From assembly GCA_002269645.1 (NCBI GenBank), contig NIVC01001274.1, positions 204,408 to 268,407 on the forward strand: DNA of 64,000 nucleotides. Direction: 5' to 3'. Positions 24,301 to 36,652 of the stretch are shown here, in pieces; the stretch's first letter is position 1; each line of letters starts with the position of its first letter. This stretch comes from Macrostomum lignano. Lineage: Eukaryota. A model generated the notes under the pieces. It was not told where the DNA came from. It made no database searches and saw only the letters and a program-made list of their open reading frames with translations. The position numbers were made by a program, and so were the translations under genes.

Positions 24301-27300
24301 AGGTGCAGATCAAGGGCAGCCTTGTAGGCCGCCCAATCAGTGTTGCGGATATTGCGTCTCCAAGTGATCGGAGACTGGGTTTTAGTGTCCGCGATATTAA
24401 AGGCGATAAAGCAGTGGTCAGACAGGGAGGGCTCCTCAGACCAGACTCTCCACTCCTTGACTCTGTCAAAGAGTCTTGGGGTAACGAGTGTGGCGTCGAG
24501 GACCTCGGTCCATCTGCCATTATTAAAGGTAGGAGTGCTGCCGTTGCAGAGCATGAGGTTTGTGTTAGAGATGAGGGCCAGAAGCTCCTCTCCTCTAGTG
24601 TTGGTATCTTTGCTGCCCCAGTGCTTGTGGTGCGCGTTGAGGTCGCCCCCTAAGCACAGCTCAGCGTTCTGGGACTCGCAGTACTGCGCAAGGCGCAGTA
24701 AACTCTCGGGAGCAGGGTCTCTGTCGCCTGGGATATAAACCGAGGCAACAAGACACGTACGCGGAGAGAAATGATTAGATTGGATGACGCAAAGGTCTCC
24801 ATCAGAGAGATCAGTCCTCAGCCAAGCCTGGAGATGGCTAGCAGCGAGGATAGCCGCTCTAGGGCGGCTGTTCCCCGGGCCACACACATAAAAATCAGAG
24901 TAGCCAGAGGGAATGTTGGGCAACTTACCGTTGCGCATCCAGGGTTCCTGGATCAGGATGAGGCCTGGCCTGTACAGCTCAGCAATCTTCATCAGATTTA
25001 CTGACGCAGATACGCAATGCTGTAAATTTATTTGCAGACAGAATGTCGCTCCTTTGGCAGCGTGGAGCTTAGTCATACTGTATTAAATGCAATATCTGGC
25101 TAGAGCCCAGGGCCATCAAGGAGACTTGGACAACAGATCGTCCTCGTCCCAGGCCGCTGGGGCTTGACTGGGAGATGGGAGTTGGTCGACGTCCATGGCC
25201 TCCTCACCCCCACCGGCCCCCCAGCAGAGTCCTCAGGCTCCGATGACAGGATGGAGGAAGCTTCCTCACCTGCATCTTTACCTTCAGACCCCACCAAGGT
25301 GGCCGAGGAGAGCTCGGATTCCGAAGACCCGGCCTCGTCCTCAACTCCTTCTCCGACTGGCAGGTTTGGTTCCCGGGGCTCGGCCGGAGCCGTTACCGCG
25401 GTCGCCGAACTGCTGCTAGCAGAGGGGCGAGATGCAGCTTTGGCTTTGGGATCGGCTTGCGCCTTTCCTTGGGCCTTAGACTGCGCCCCGCTCTTGCCGG
25501 AGATGCCGGGGTTGGCAGTAGCCTTCCCTTTGGCAGACTTTCCTCGGCGCAACTTGAGCTTGAGGGCACCCAGCTGGAAAGAGGATCCATTAGGGTACCG
25601 ACTCGCCCAAGTGCTGGAAAGGCCGAGGACAATTGAGTTGCCCGTCTCCCCCCTGCGGACTTTGCGGTGATACACCAGTCCACTAGCAGGGAGGTCGGGG
25701 TTCAGACGCAGTAGGACCCGGCGAATAACGTCTGGTCCAGCTGCGGTGCTCTTAGCAGGGACGAAAACCACATAGGGTATCGTCTTTGGACGCTGGCCCT
25801 CGCGAAGAAAAGAGCTCCACCAAGGTCAGCATCCAAGGAGACCGTCGGTAGCCGCTGGAGCAGCCGCCGAGCGTCCTCCTCGCTGCTAGGAGCAATAAGA
25901 ACGAATGTGCTTCGCAGCACCATCCGCTCAACGCCGATGGAGATTCCCTCCTCGACAGTCAGCTCAATCAGATAGGAGTCAACAGCACTCCACACTTTTT
26001 GAAGCTGATCAGTGGTCCAGTCCTGGTCGCGACCTTGGATGATCACTCCCGGGATTTTGGCCTTGGCCTTCGCCGCAAAGGTAGCTCCCGAAGGAACCTC
26101 CTTGTTGGCAGTGGCCATTTGTTGCGCCGTGGTTTCGGCCTCAGCAGCCGCGGCAGCAGCTCCAGGGAGCGCCGCCGCTGAACTACTGGAGCTTCACCGG
26201 CCGGCCCGCCTGGTTGCCTTGGGACTCCAGTCGCTTCAGCATCCATGGTGGACGCCGCCGCTTTGGCCCCCGCAGCTCCCTTCTTGGCCTGCCTTTTGGC
26301 GCGTTGTTTAGCGCGTTTGCGCTCAAGCCGAGCCCGCTGAGCTTCATCGGATCTGCCAGATTTGGCCGGTCCTTTAGGCTCAGAGCTCGCGGTTCCCTTA
26401 GATCCACCAGCGGAGCTGGCAGGTCTTAGGGTATTTTGAGTTTGGTAGCTCTGGTCGGATCTGCCAGCAGAGCCAGCCGGTCCTTCCTTTGCCACAGTTG
26501 AATCAGTCGGTTGGGATCTGCCAGCAGGGCCGGCCGGTCCTTCGGACTGAGGTTGGGGTTTAGAAGGGTCCCCGTCCCTAGAAATAGCTTGTTTATCCAT
26601 AGTCGGCTCGAAGGCCATGATAAAAGGTTGGTGGGCTACCCTCAAAGGGGCGCGGTACCCACCCGGCCGCTCCACCTGACCGGGCAGTAGGCCAATAGCA
26701 CCCTCAAGGCTGGCCCGACACCAGGAGGGGGACCGCTTGCGACCGGACTACTCCCCGGCCTTCCAGCCCATCGGCACGGTCAACACCTTAGGCATTAGAG
26801 AGTACGTTGAGCAGTACCACGGCCTGCAGGTTGGCGAGCCAGACCCGCATACCCAAATTCGGCCGAAGCCACTGGATAGGGTCGCCAGCGCCGGAGCCCA
26901 GTCTGTCCAGCAGCCCTAGGGACTGCCTTGAACACACGCGGGGACGAGTACCCTGGGTCGACTTGCGAGACAGCGTGGGGGGGGTCTGCGGCTGCCAGAG
27001 GCAAATAGAGGGTGCAGACCTCCCACCAGCCTTGACCTGCTGAAGATAGGGGCAGGCGTGAAGCATCGCAGACCTTAGCCCATGGGCCTAGTCTGTCTCA
27101 TACTTCACTGGCATGCTGAATACGCCTTCGCGTGCGGTGTTAGTCTCACAGCAGACCCAGTGGTCTGGGTTTAGGATGAGAACTGAGTCAGAAAAATGAG
27201 AGAAATTTGAGGAACTGCAGAATTCAGAAACTGTGTCTACTGGAGAGATAACAAGACAAAAATCCTTGACGGAAACAACTCCAAAGGGTTCGTATTTATA

Positions 27301-28280
27301 GGCAAGAAACTAACTACTGCAACATCGCACGCAAGACCCCCGATGCGCTAGAACGAGTGACGCTGTTTAGCAACTGACGCAAAGGTTAGCCTTAGAGAAG
27401 GCAGGGGTCCCGGAGCGCGTAATTTTCGCCAAAAGTACGGACTAATTGTGCAGTGAGATCGAATTCACTGTACTTTGGACTGCTGAAGAACCAGAGATTT
27501 TCATGTGACTGGCTCACCAGTGAAGCCGCTAACACTAATGACGCTAGACAAGAAAACAAGGCAGCCACTAGTGCATCCGCTAGTGACCGCTGCATAAAGA
27601 GCGAACCAAGAGCAGGCTAGGCCAAGCTGCCCAGCGGCTGCAAAAAGAACACAGGTGGTGGGGGGACAAGCAGCCAAAGCAGAAAGCCGCAGAGGACAGT
27701 TCAGAGCGAAAGTGAGGGAAACTGCTGACTAGAGTGAGACATCAGACAGTAATCCTTAGTGGCTCACTACATAATCTTAGAGTCCTTCTCCTTGAGTTCT
27801 ACAGAAGGCAAATGGCTTCCAAAATATACTCAACATCGCTTGCAGCCAGAGCAAACTGGCACCGGTGGCGCCGACGGACAGCCGGGTAGCAACGACCAAA
27901 GCACTGCGGCTGAAGATAGAAACCCTGGAGGCTGCGGAGCCGGCTGGCTTGGCAAGCCTACCGCCGCCCGCACAAGCACCGAATACGGAGACAGAGGCGG
28001 CAGTCGCGCCGACGGCTGGGTCGGCGGCCGCGCCGGAGACACGAGTCCCGCCGACGGCGGCTTTGGCGGTGGCGGAGGCGGAGGCGCGGCCACCATAAAA
28101 GGAGCGGCCGGAGCCGGCGGAGGCTACAGCGGCGGCGGAGCCGGGGCTCGCAGCGACCACGCCGGAGGAGGCGGCGGCTCCTTCTGCGGCGGCAGCGGCT
28201 GCGTGGCCACAACGGGTGGCAACACGGACAGCGAGCACGGCTTCGTGCTGCTGCAAATGATCGGCAGCGGCTGCGCCTAG
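15389..28280 (+). CDS. Gene B: secreted PAN-like + ALK/LTK-type glycine-rich domain protein, 402 aa, 5 exons, with TE-expanded introns
   Basis: Exons 15389-15452 (MRQSKTLLLFAIGFCCVMVSEG), 15826-16152 (PAN-like), 16341-16670, 20051-20103 (53 nt) and 27846-28280. GT-AG introns, compatible phases, 1209 nt to TAG. Exon order is confirmed by the compact paralog B'. Confidence 0.8.
16958..19481. mobile_element. 2.5-kb TIR element with 8-bp TSD in intron 3 of gene B (P/hAT-like, no recognisable transposase)
   Basis: TGATGGTG|CACGGACTACTTAA...TTAAGCAGTCCGTG|TGATGGTG. The paralog B' has a single TGATGGTG at 46353-46360 (empty site). Confidence 0.85.
20172..20549. mobile_element. MITE-like element
   Basis: Terminal CTAGAAGACATT / AATGTCCTCTAG and subterminal inverted TTAGCAGATCTTGTC / GACAAGATCTGCTAA. 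No clear TSD. Not seen in the B' intron. Confidence 0.45.
21014..27744. mobile_element. Possible ~0.8-kb host element (solo-LTR-like) split by the LINE insertion
   Basis: Sequence on both sides of the LINE TSD is absent from the B' intron. It has TG...CA ends (TGAAAG / GACATCA) and a minus-strand TATAAATA at ~27293-27300. The flanks (ACAGT vs GACAG) are not a clean TSD. Confidence 0.3.
21239..27134 (-). mobile_element. Full-length non-LTR retrotransposon (LOA/R1-group-like): ORF1 + ORF2 with AP endonuclease, RT, RNase H and C-terminal CCHC
   Basis: 13-bp TSD CGGTGTTAGTCTC at 21226-21238 and 27135-27147; 3' tail TAAGTTAAGAAGTAAGTTAAA. ORF2: QINLQH, IQEPW, GGDLNAH, TPTF, LSDH (endonuclease); KSPGPDG, FRPISL, FLDIVGAFDNV, GPQGGVL, GYADD (RT); YTDGSK, NEVLAI, HSDSQAAL, WVPGH, GNELAD (RNase H); CSFC..ETAEH..C. 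Frameshifts near 26190, 25805, 25215 and 24217. Confidence 0.95.
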
Positions 28281-28469
28281 TCGTCGGTTTTTTTACTTTT
28301 TAAGGGAAAAATGAAGGTCAAAAGAAGAACTTACTGTAATTTTAGAGGTTTCAGTGGTTTTAAGGATGCTCTGTTGTTTGTTTTCTTGGATACAACGTTT
28401 ATTATATCGAATGCACGTAGGTAGCTCGTAGTTAGACACTACTTATTTTTTCCACCCATTAAAAGTGCT

Positions 28470-28660
28470 GAGCTGGGATAAAGTAGCTCGACGGTGACTT
28501 GTTTGAGTTTCTGGTCGGACTGATGATCTGTGGGTTCAGTTTCGAGCAATGGCTACATTTACAACGATTCTAAATCCAGGGGCTAGCTTGTGGTGGGATT
28601 TCTGCCCATCAGGTCCATGAAGGACTACTCTCTAGGCACAGAGTAGCTACTTATCTCAAT
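28470..28660 (+). mobile_element. tRNA-derived SINE-like remnant (second copy ~48190-48380)
   Basis: A-box-like TAGCTCGACGG (28484-28494) and B-box-like GGTTCAGTTTC (28533-28543) at tRNA-like spacing. No cloverleaf could be formed. Confidence 0.3.
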
Positions 28661-30911
28661 AATCCATACATTTTTTGTATCTCTAACTTTAACTCCAATT
28701 CAACTCTATTAAAGCTTGCTTAATTGTTTACTTGACTATTGTACGAGCGTACTCTCTGGTTAAAGTTTTTTTTCAAAAGGCGGAGCAAGTTTTTGACACG
28801 TGAAAATCATAATTCAAGTTCACATTACCCTCTACCACAGTACCCATAGCTCCGCGGATTGAAGATTGCTCAGATGAATTGAACGATTGGCCTTGAGCCA
28901 ACTACATGAACGCTCGTAGTTACATCGATTTGAGTAGTCTTCTACAAGCGGTTCTCTGGCCTAAATTAGATGAATTTTGCATTTGCACGCCTACTTTTAC
29001 TTTTAACTGGATGAATAATGTGCAGTTTTATCCAATGTTTAGCAATTATATTGTTTCATTTTGTTTTACTGTGTGACGGTGTCAAAATTCATTGATTTGT
29101 TATACTCGTATATACAATTGCATGCATATACGAGCCTATTTTGAAGAAAGTCGCGTCCTGAATATTGTTTGGATTACAACTTTTAGTTTTAAGTTTATAC
29201 GAGTATATCAGTCGGTACAATGTTCGTTACAAGTCAGTCTGAATCTGTCTGAATTTATTTATTCAATCTTCTATTTAGCTTCTATAACTATCGCTTTAAT
29301 TATTTATTCAAGTAGAGCAATTCCTTCGTGAAATATAAGAAAACTAAAAATTTTTTTCTGAAGTATTCTAGTAATCAGTTGTTGGAATACTATATTTAAA
29401 CAGCTAATATTCAGACCTGGAATATTATTCCACCTAATTCTCAAATGCCTAGGCAACACTTTTTCCTGCGCTATTCTTCTGATAATTGTAGTTATAGTGT
29501 TGGCTCACATTGCTCGACTTGACAACTGTATTTTGCCTTGCGAAAAGCAACAAAAATGTCAGCTTTTTTCTGAATCAATAAACTAATATCCGTTTAACAC
29601 TTGGAAATCGATCGCTTTTGCTTCTAGCAATTAATAGCTGAATTTTTTAGAGAAATATCCATTTAGCGGCCGCGCAAAAGAACAGCATGCGGGATATCAG
29701 ATGTCCTGGAGAACTGAAGAAGTTTAGAAGTTACATGTACGAGGAGCCATAAGAGACGATGCTTAAAACTTAAAGGGCTTGCAAATTACATACATGAATG
29801 CAGTTCCACTGAAGCCGTTCATCCCTTGTTTTAGACTTACACTCAGAGTGAAATGCTGCTTTGATAAAATCCAAGCCATGCAAAGCCCTTGTAGCTTCTC
29901 CAGGCCAACTGTATGTAGACTCTGTTAGCCTCTTTATGTTTCTATTAGTTGCCAAGTGAACAAGAAAATTCTCACGATCAAACAAAAATGTCGGAGAAAT
30001 CGATTCTTTACACGTCACGTACTTTGTGTTGTACAACCAAAGGCTTGGGCTTCCAGTTGTAAGCGCACAGTTGCTTTTTTATATTTTAGTCACACTACAA
30101 AAACTACTCGATCGATATTTCAGAGCCAGAGATGTCACGTGCTCAATTATGCATTATACAGATAATTTATCAACCTACTTTCATGAAAGTGGCAGGGACA
30201 AGAATAATATTAATACAGTTAGCATTTACGATATACCATACTTATAGTATAAATATCAGCGGAACAATATTATCGTTAAGTTAACCCTTCAATTTACGAT
30301 GCAACACTGTTTGAATTATTTTTCTTTACACCCAATTTTTTCTGGTCATACAAGCTACATGTGTACAGTCTGCATTGGAGCGTGACTGTATATTAGAGGC
30401 CTTTATGGATATCGACGGATATTGCTTTCGCAGGCGGCATTAAAGTGAACCAACGTGCACTTCACCAATGCGAGGCTCACATAATGTGGCAGTACCATTT
30501 TGCATGCAAACAAATTAAAACTATTGTTTACCATTTCAGTTATGATGCCAGAATAGCTCTCTACAATTCTCTATCGAGTGCTCAAATCAAATCAAACAAG
30601 TACGCAAATATTGCCATAAAAGCATACCTCTGAAAGCTTGGATTTATTTTCTCCAACAATTCAAGCTTTAGTTTGAGGAAAAGTCTTGGTCTTAAAAAGA
30701 GTCTTTCTGACTTGAAACGAGAATTAAGCATTGCACTAAATATGGAATGCTGTAAAGAATTTTACAGAAAGGTGCTTGTAGCAAGATTCGTACTATTATT
30801 GCCTTGTTAAAAATATTGTTTAATTCAAACGAACAAAGAACAACTGCTCCTTTTTGCAAGCAAGCTTCAATTAGTTCAGTATGCTGTTAGAGAAGTGAGG
30901 CCTCCTTGGTC

Positions 30912-33838
30912 TCAAGGACACGAGCCAAGATTCACCAGACTCAGCAGCACGCTGCCGCCGCAGAATGAGCCGCCGCCGCCTCCGCAATGGTTGCCGTAGA
31001 TACCGGCTCCGCCGCCGCTGTAACCGCCGCCAGCTCCGGCTGCGCCAACGAAGGAGCTGGAGGCCGTACCAGCACCTCCTCCACCGCCGAAGCCGCCGCA
31101 GGCGATGCTGCTGCCACCGGCGCTGCCTCCGGCCCAGCTGTCGGATTGACTACCGCCTCGATCGCCGTCGTAGCTGTTGTACCTGCGAATTATTGATGCA
31201 CTGTGATTTTATTGACAACTAGAGTGATGTGACGAAAGGATTTCAGCACTGGACTGTCTCATAATGACATTTTCAGCAGTAAATAAAGCAAATTTGTTTT
31301 TCGCGTCACAAAGTTGATTTGAGAGTCAATCGAACTCATCTTTTGTTATACAGATCCAAACATGTACGAGCGTATATGCACAGTTCCAGAGAAAATTTCT
31401 AAACATTTTAAAGGTAAATGCAAAAACCTTTATGAAATATATTTTATGATGCGATTTTAGGGCCGGTTTTACTGGCTCTGTAATCGGTTTTACCTGATAG
31501 GGGCCGGTGCCTCTGCTGGGTGGGGGGGGTGCGGTGTGTTACCTGGGGTTCACAGGTTTCCCCAGCCAGCCGGCACCGCAGCCGCCATGGTTCATACCAG
31601 AGGAAGTTGTTTTAGCGCTTGGATTATTGCTTCCGGGTTTACCGTTCACGCCTCCGATTCCAAAAAGATGGCTCTGGCGTTTGGTTATGAAATGAACTGA
31701 TGTAACCAAAACTATTTGCAATGTCATAGCAAAATATGGCTAGAAGGCAACTAAAGCCATACTTTCCGTTCTTAAGGGCCGCTAGAAGACGACCCTAGCT
31801 TGCCATGGATGCAATTTCTGGTACACACTTTGCATTCTTTGGAAATTCCTTCATCGGCGACTCCTAGAGCCCATCGAAATTTAAAAGAGGCAGTATAGTT
31901 CCTCCCTAATCGATTGCATATTTCTACCTTCTAGCGGCCCTTGAGAACGGAAAGTATATTTTTTCTGGGTTGAGCAGCTCATGGCTGAGCAGGCTGAGCA
32001 GCTGAGCACACGATGGCACGATGAATTCTTGAGTTTTCGCTTGAAAGCCTGCTTCCAAGCAAGTAGGATCTAAACTCACCCATGCAAATACGAGTAGAGC
32101 TCAATAATTGAAGAGGCTTTTCTTACTGATAGCTCAGATGTGTGAAACTTACCTCACCTTCACCTAGGGAACTTGATCCGTTCACGCCTGCCTCGCCAAG
32201 CCTTCCTAAAGAGATAATTTGCACACAAAGCTTAGGCATTCAAAATGCGAATTTCAGAAGTAAGACTTTAAACATTACCGTCTGAACTCACCATCGTATG
32301 CGAAGGACGCGCCGCCACCACCGCCGGCAGCCATCAAGAGTTGATTGTTGAATGCGTCGTACGCAAAGCTGCCTCCACCGCCGCCGCCACTGTTTGACGA
32401 CGAGTCTACCGGACCGCCAGCCTGACCGACAACGATAGACAGCTCTGTTCCCGCAGTCAGGTTGACATTGCCAACGACCAGGGCTCCCCTGCCGCCGAAC
32501 TTGCTGCTACTAACCAGGGTGTTGTCGCCTCCTTTTGCTCCGCTGATTTCGATGCGATAGCAGCCGGTAAAGTTTATAACTACTTGTTGGATGACACCGA
32601 ACCGACCGGTGCTCGAGTCTGGAATCAGGAAAAACAGTTGAGCATTGTTGAGTTTTGCTGTACCGTAGAATCATGAGCAATTAAAACAGAAGGATCTCAA
32701 ACTTGAAAACTGGTTTTGAAGCAAAATTTTCAGGGATTATTAGTTTCGAATCATTCTACTTCTGTTCTGTCTCGCATGAAATTGTGAAAAACAATAAAAC
32801 ACTTGCTTGAAAAAACGCGAGTGAAATTGATTTTGGCTGTTGACTTGATTAGATCTTCAAAATCCGGTAGTTTCCACGCGACTGTGTCAGTCTCAGCTCC
32901 CAGGAATCTCTGCTCGTTAGTTCCAGTCGCCGATCCTGACTCCCCAGACACGGTCGCCAGCTGGCAGAGACTGGTGCCCTTCCAGAACGCACCAGCAGAG
33001 CAGCTCATCAGTCCGCACCGCATGACGCATTCCTGCACTGTCGTGACTCCGGTGACGTTCAACACTTGGCTGGAGACCGTCCCGTTGATGACTAGGACAC
33101 CAGAGTGCTTGACGTAGCGAGTTGAATTACGACAAGAGCCTAAACGTTTGTAAATGAAAATTTTATACATGTTAATCTTGACGCTGCCAAGGACTACTGA
33201 AGTGAGAGGATGGGGAAAAATTTTAGGAGACAGGTTTTACTGAAAAATATAATGCGGAAATATGAGGTCTTCATTTTTTAGCACAAAAGTTTTTATTACT
33301 TCTGATAGGAGGCAGACCCAGTATTCATCTTTTAATGCTCGTATCTAGCCTTTATTTCTTACATCCTATGTTAGTTTTATATTGTGCATAGATCTCCTAA
33401 GCCTAAAAATCATAAAAATGGCACAGCTCGACTTATGAATCATTCTGTTACAAAATTTGTTACACAGTCAGCTAAGATTCCAAGTTTTCCAACCCCTAAA
33501 GCTCTTTGTGTATCAATAGAGCTATAAGAAATGCAAGACGTAATAAAAGATGAACAATTAGGTTTGCCTCCTATCAGAAGCAATAGCAACTTTTGTGCTG
33601 AAAAATGAAAACGTTAATTCTCCGTAATGTATTTTTTCGGTAAAACCTCCCCTAAAAGTTTCCGAGAAACGCAGCTTCCCGTCCTTTTATTTGAGTAGTA
33701 CTTGGAAGTTGTACGCACAAAATAGTTGAAAATATTGCAATAATAAACAAATAAAGCGGATCTGTCACCTTTGATTGTGCCGATGCAGGAGCCAACGAAA
33801 GCGCAAAATATGAGAAATATAATTTGAGTAATTTTCAT
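30912..33838 (-). CDS. Gene A': duplicate of gene A, 394 aa, with a 16-codon in-frame deletion
   Basis: Exons 33838-33769, 33139-32807 (GC donor), 32618-32292, 32205-32153, 31673-31543 and 31182-30912. Total 1185 nt, open to TGA. Confidence 0.85.
31762..31954. mobile_element. 193-bp MITE with TA target duplication (Tc1/mariner-type)
   Basis: TA|CTTTCCGTTCTTAAGGGCCGCTAGAAG ... CTTCTAGCGGCCCTTGAGAACGGAAAG|TA; 27-bp TIR with 1 mismatch. Confidence 0.75.
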
Positions 33839-34400
33839 TTCTTGGTAATATAACTGAGTCTTTGTAAGAAAATTGCTTCTCTGTCGTACTATTTCCATCA
33901 CGAGACGTATGCTTGATAGTCTTAGTCTAGCTCAGGGCATGGCTATATAAAAGCTGGTCACGAAATTCATGTCTATTTCATCCCTGCCACTTATTCTCTC
34001 TTCGCAGCCAATCAACGCTCTTGTCTTACCTTTTTTACGAGTATCTAACCACGTTGACAAGGCTTCATTTCTAACCATGGGGGTACTAAAACTTGCTTGA
34101 GAAGACAAACCACTGTTACAATAAAATCCAAATTTTTTAGCTCAACAAATACCTCGTATATTGCAGTTGCTAAGCTCTTCAAATTTGAAGTTGAGCGCTA
34201 AAATTTGTACCGAGCGTAAAAAATGTCAGGCAGAAGCTGAATGAAAAACAACTTTCTGATTTTGTGCAGGAATGAAGTGTCATTTCTGTACGACCACTTA
34301 AGTGCATTTTTTAAATCTCATAATCGCACCTGAGCTCTCTAGATTAGGGTTTCATTTCATTGTTTATTTTGGGTTTGTGCTATTTTCTGGGTTATACACG

Positions 34401-35050
34401 TGTGACAGTGTGATTCGTAGAATCGCGTGTATCGTATTTCTTTATTTTCATATGCATACCGTATTCTTTCATTTATTTTAACAATATTCGTACGTATTAT
34501 TATCGCGCTATTTTTACTGTTAATTGCTTTGTTTTTTGTAGCCTCTTATGTATTTATTCTATTATTTGTATTTCATTCATATCGTTATTATTTCTCGTAA
34601 AGTAGTCCTACCTATGTACATGTACTGACGTATGTTATTCTTGTATGATATATTTATCGATTAATTTGTACATGTACATTTCGCCTGAGTGGGGTTTGTC
34701 TGGTTTTTGGATTAAGCTTGTTGTTATCTTGTTTACTCACCAATTATTAAAAATAAACTTGCAGTCAGCGGCCGCTCTCTCCTTTTGCTTCGTCGCTTCA
34801 CTTCTCGCTCTAGGCTTGCGGGTCCCTTAGCTGTCTGGCCTCTTTACCTTAACCCTCTACCGCCTGCCTCAGCCCACCCACCAATCAACTGAATCCTGAC
34901 CGGCCCTTGCTAGGCGCATCAAACTAAGTACCAATCCAAATATACTAAATCTGCAAATTCACGCTAAGGATAAAATCGGCTGCTGATCTGCTGGATCGTA
35001 GATTAATCCCAATTATCCGCTACACAAAGTCTTCCGCTTTATTCGTCACA
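34401..35050 (+). mobile_element. Solo LTR (650 bp)
   Basis: CACG|TGTGAC ... GTCACA|CACG: TG..CA ends with a short inverted repeat and a 4-bp TSD. Internal AATAAA near 34753. Absent from block 1. Confidence 0.75.
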
Positions 35051-35109
35051 CACGTACGCCACTTCTTTAGAGAGATCAATTTTTTCTGAGTTGCGAGTTT
35101 ACGCGTCTA

Positions 35110-36652
35110 CGAGGGGCACTACGAACGTTTTTAGCTACACCTCAGCTGTTTGTCCTATCAGATTAATTTTTCACAGGCTTACAGGACAATATATATGACT
35201 ATTATGTTTTCAGGTTACTTAAAGTCTTCAATATACTTAAGGCATTAATTATTAGTGCTGCTATCCTGGCAGACGTTTCCGCGGCTCCAAGGTTCTTAGT
35301 CTTGCTCTTATTTCTCTTTATTTCACATTCTCACAGCGGGCTTTTAACCCAAGCCTGTTTTGCAGCTTCATTTAGTCCATAGATAAAACAAAACGCGTCA
35401 AACTGCATATGCAATTAAAATAATATCAATATTATAGTCACGTCATATCAATGACCATGATGAATAAAATTTTACGCAAATATCTCGCAGCATTTAGCCG
35501 CTAGAGCCGCTAGAGATAGCTTCAGCACCTCTGCCCACTTTCCAGCGGAGCTCATGGAACTGAATTGCGAGCACTTTCGTGCCATGGTCTTCTATGATTA
35601 TCGCAGCGGCCTTGATTGCCGCCAGTGCCACGAAAGGCTGTCAGCGGCTTTTCCAGAAGCTGCTCCATCACTTGCGACCGTCAGTAACTGGTTCCGCGAG
35701 TTTCGTCGTGGCCGAGACTCGTTGGAAGATGAGGAGCGTACAGGCCGACCTTCAACCGCCACGACACCGGAAACAGTGGCTTGTGTCCGCCAGCTGGTAG
35801 AAGCTGACCGTCGGATAACCTACAAGGAGATCGAGGCATCCCTGTGCATCCATTCGCCGGCCATCGCCAAAATCCTCCACGACCACATCGGCTTGCGCAA
35901 GCTGACCAGTCGTTGGGTGCCCCACCTGCTGAAGCCTGAGCGCAAGCAGGCCAGGATCGACTGGTGCCGCCAGATGCTGCAGAAGTACAGCGATGGAGCG
36001 TCTAAGGCGGTCGCCGACATCGTAACATGCGACGAGACTTGGGTTTACTGCTACGAGCCAGAGCGCAAGTGCCAGTCGCAGGTGTGAGCGTTTCCGGACC
36101 AGGTGCCGCCAACGAAGGTCTTGCGAGGCAGGAGCACAGGCAAGCAAATGGTCGCAACTTTTTCCGTCGCTCAGGTCACGTGGCGACTGTGCGGCTGCTA
36201 GACCAGCGCACGGTGACTGCGACCTGGTATACCGGCGTCTGCTTGCCGCAGGTCATTCACAGCCTGAGCAGGATGCGTCCGAAGTCAGGTGTCCGGTGCC
36301 TGACACTGCATCAGGACAACGCGAGCGCTCACACCGCTCAGGCAACACGGCAGTTCCTGCAGACTCAGGGACTGCAGCTGACCAGTCACCCGCAATACTC
36401 GCCTGATCTGGCAGCGTGTGACTTTTTTTGTTCCCTAAAGTCAAGGACTCGCTGCGTGGTCGCCGATTTTCGACTGCAGAGGAGGCTGCTGATGCATTCG
36501 ACGAGATGGTGGAAGGGGTGTCGACTTCTGAGTGGCACCACTGCTTTGTCAACTGGTTTGAGAGGATGAAGCGCTGCATCCAGGCTGGTGGAGAATACTT
36601 TGAGAAGCTGTGAAAATTTAGATGTAGCTAAAAACTTTCGTAGTGCCCCTCG
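35110..36652 (+). mobile_element. Mariner transposon (DD34D), transposase disrupted
   Basis: TA|CGAGGGGCACTACGAA(C/A)GTTTTTAGCTACA TIRs at both ends. Transposase from 35554: HTH region, WVPHLL, DETW, HQDNASAH, YSPDLAACDFF with 34 residues between the last two Asp. TGA at 36085-36087 and two frameshifts in T runs (~36160, ~36425). Confidence 0.95.

Noticed and set aside
28470-28560. tRNA gene
   Set aside because: A/B-box-like motifs only, with no acceptor stem or anticodon arm; kept as a low-confidence SINE relic.
36085-36087. In-frame TGA in the mariner transposase as recoding
   Set aside because: It replaces a conserved Trp (TGG to TGA) in an element that also has frameshifts; ordinary decay.
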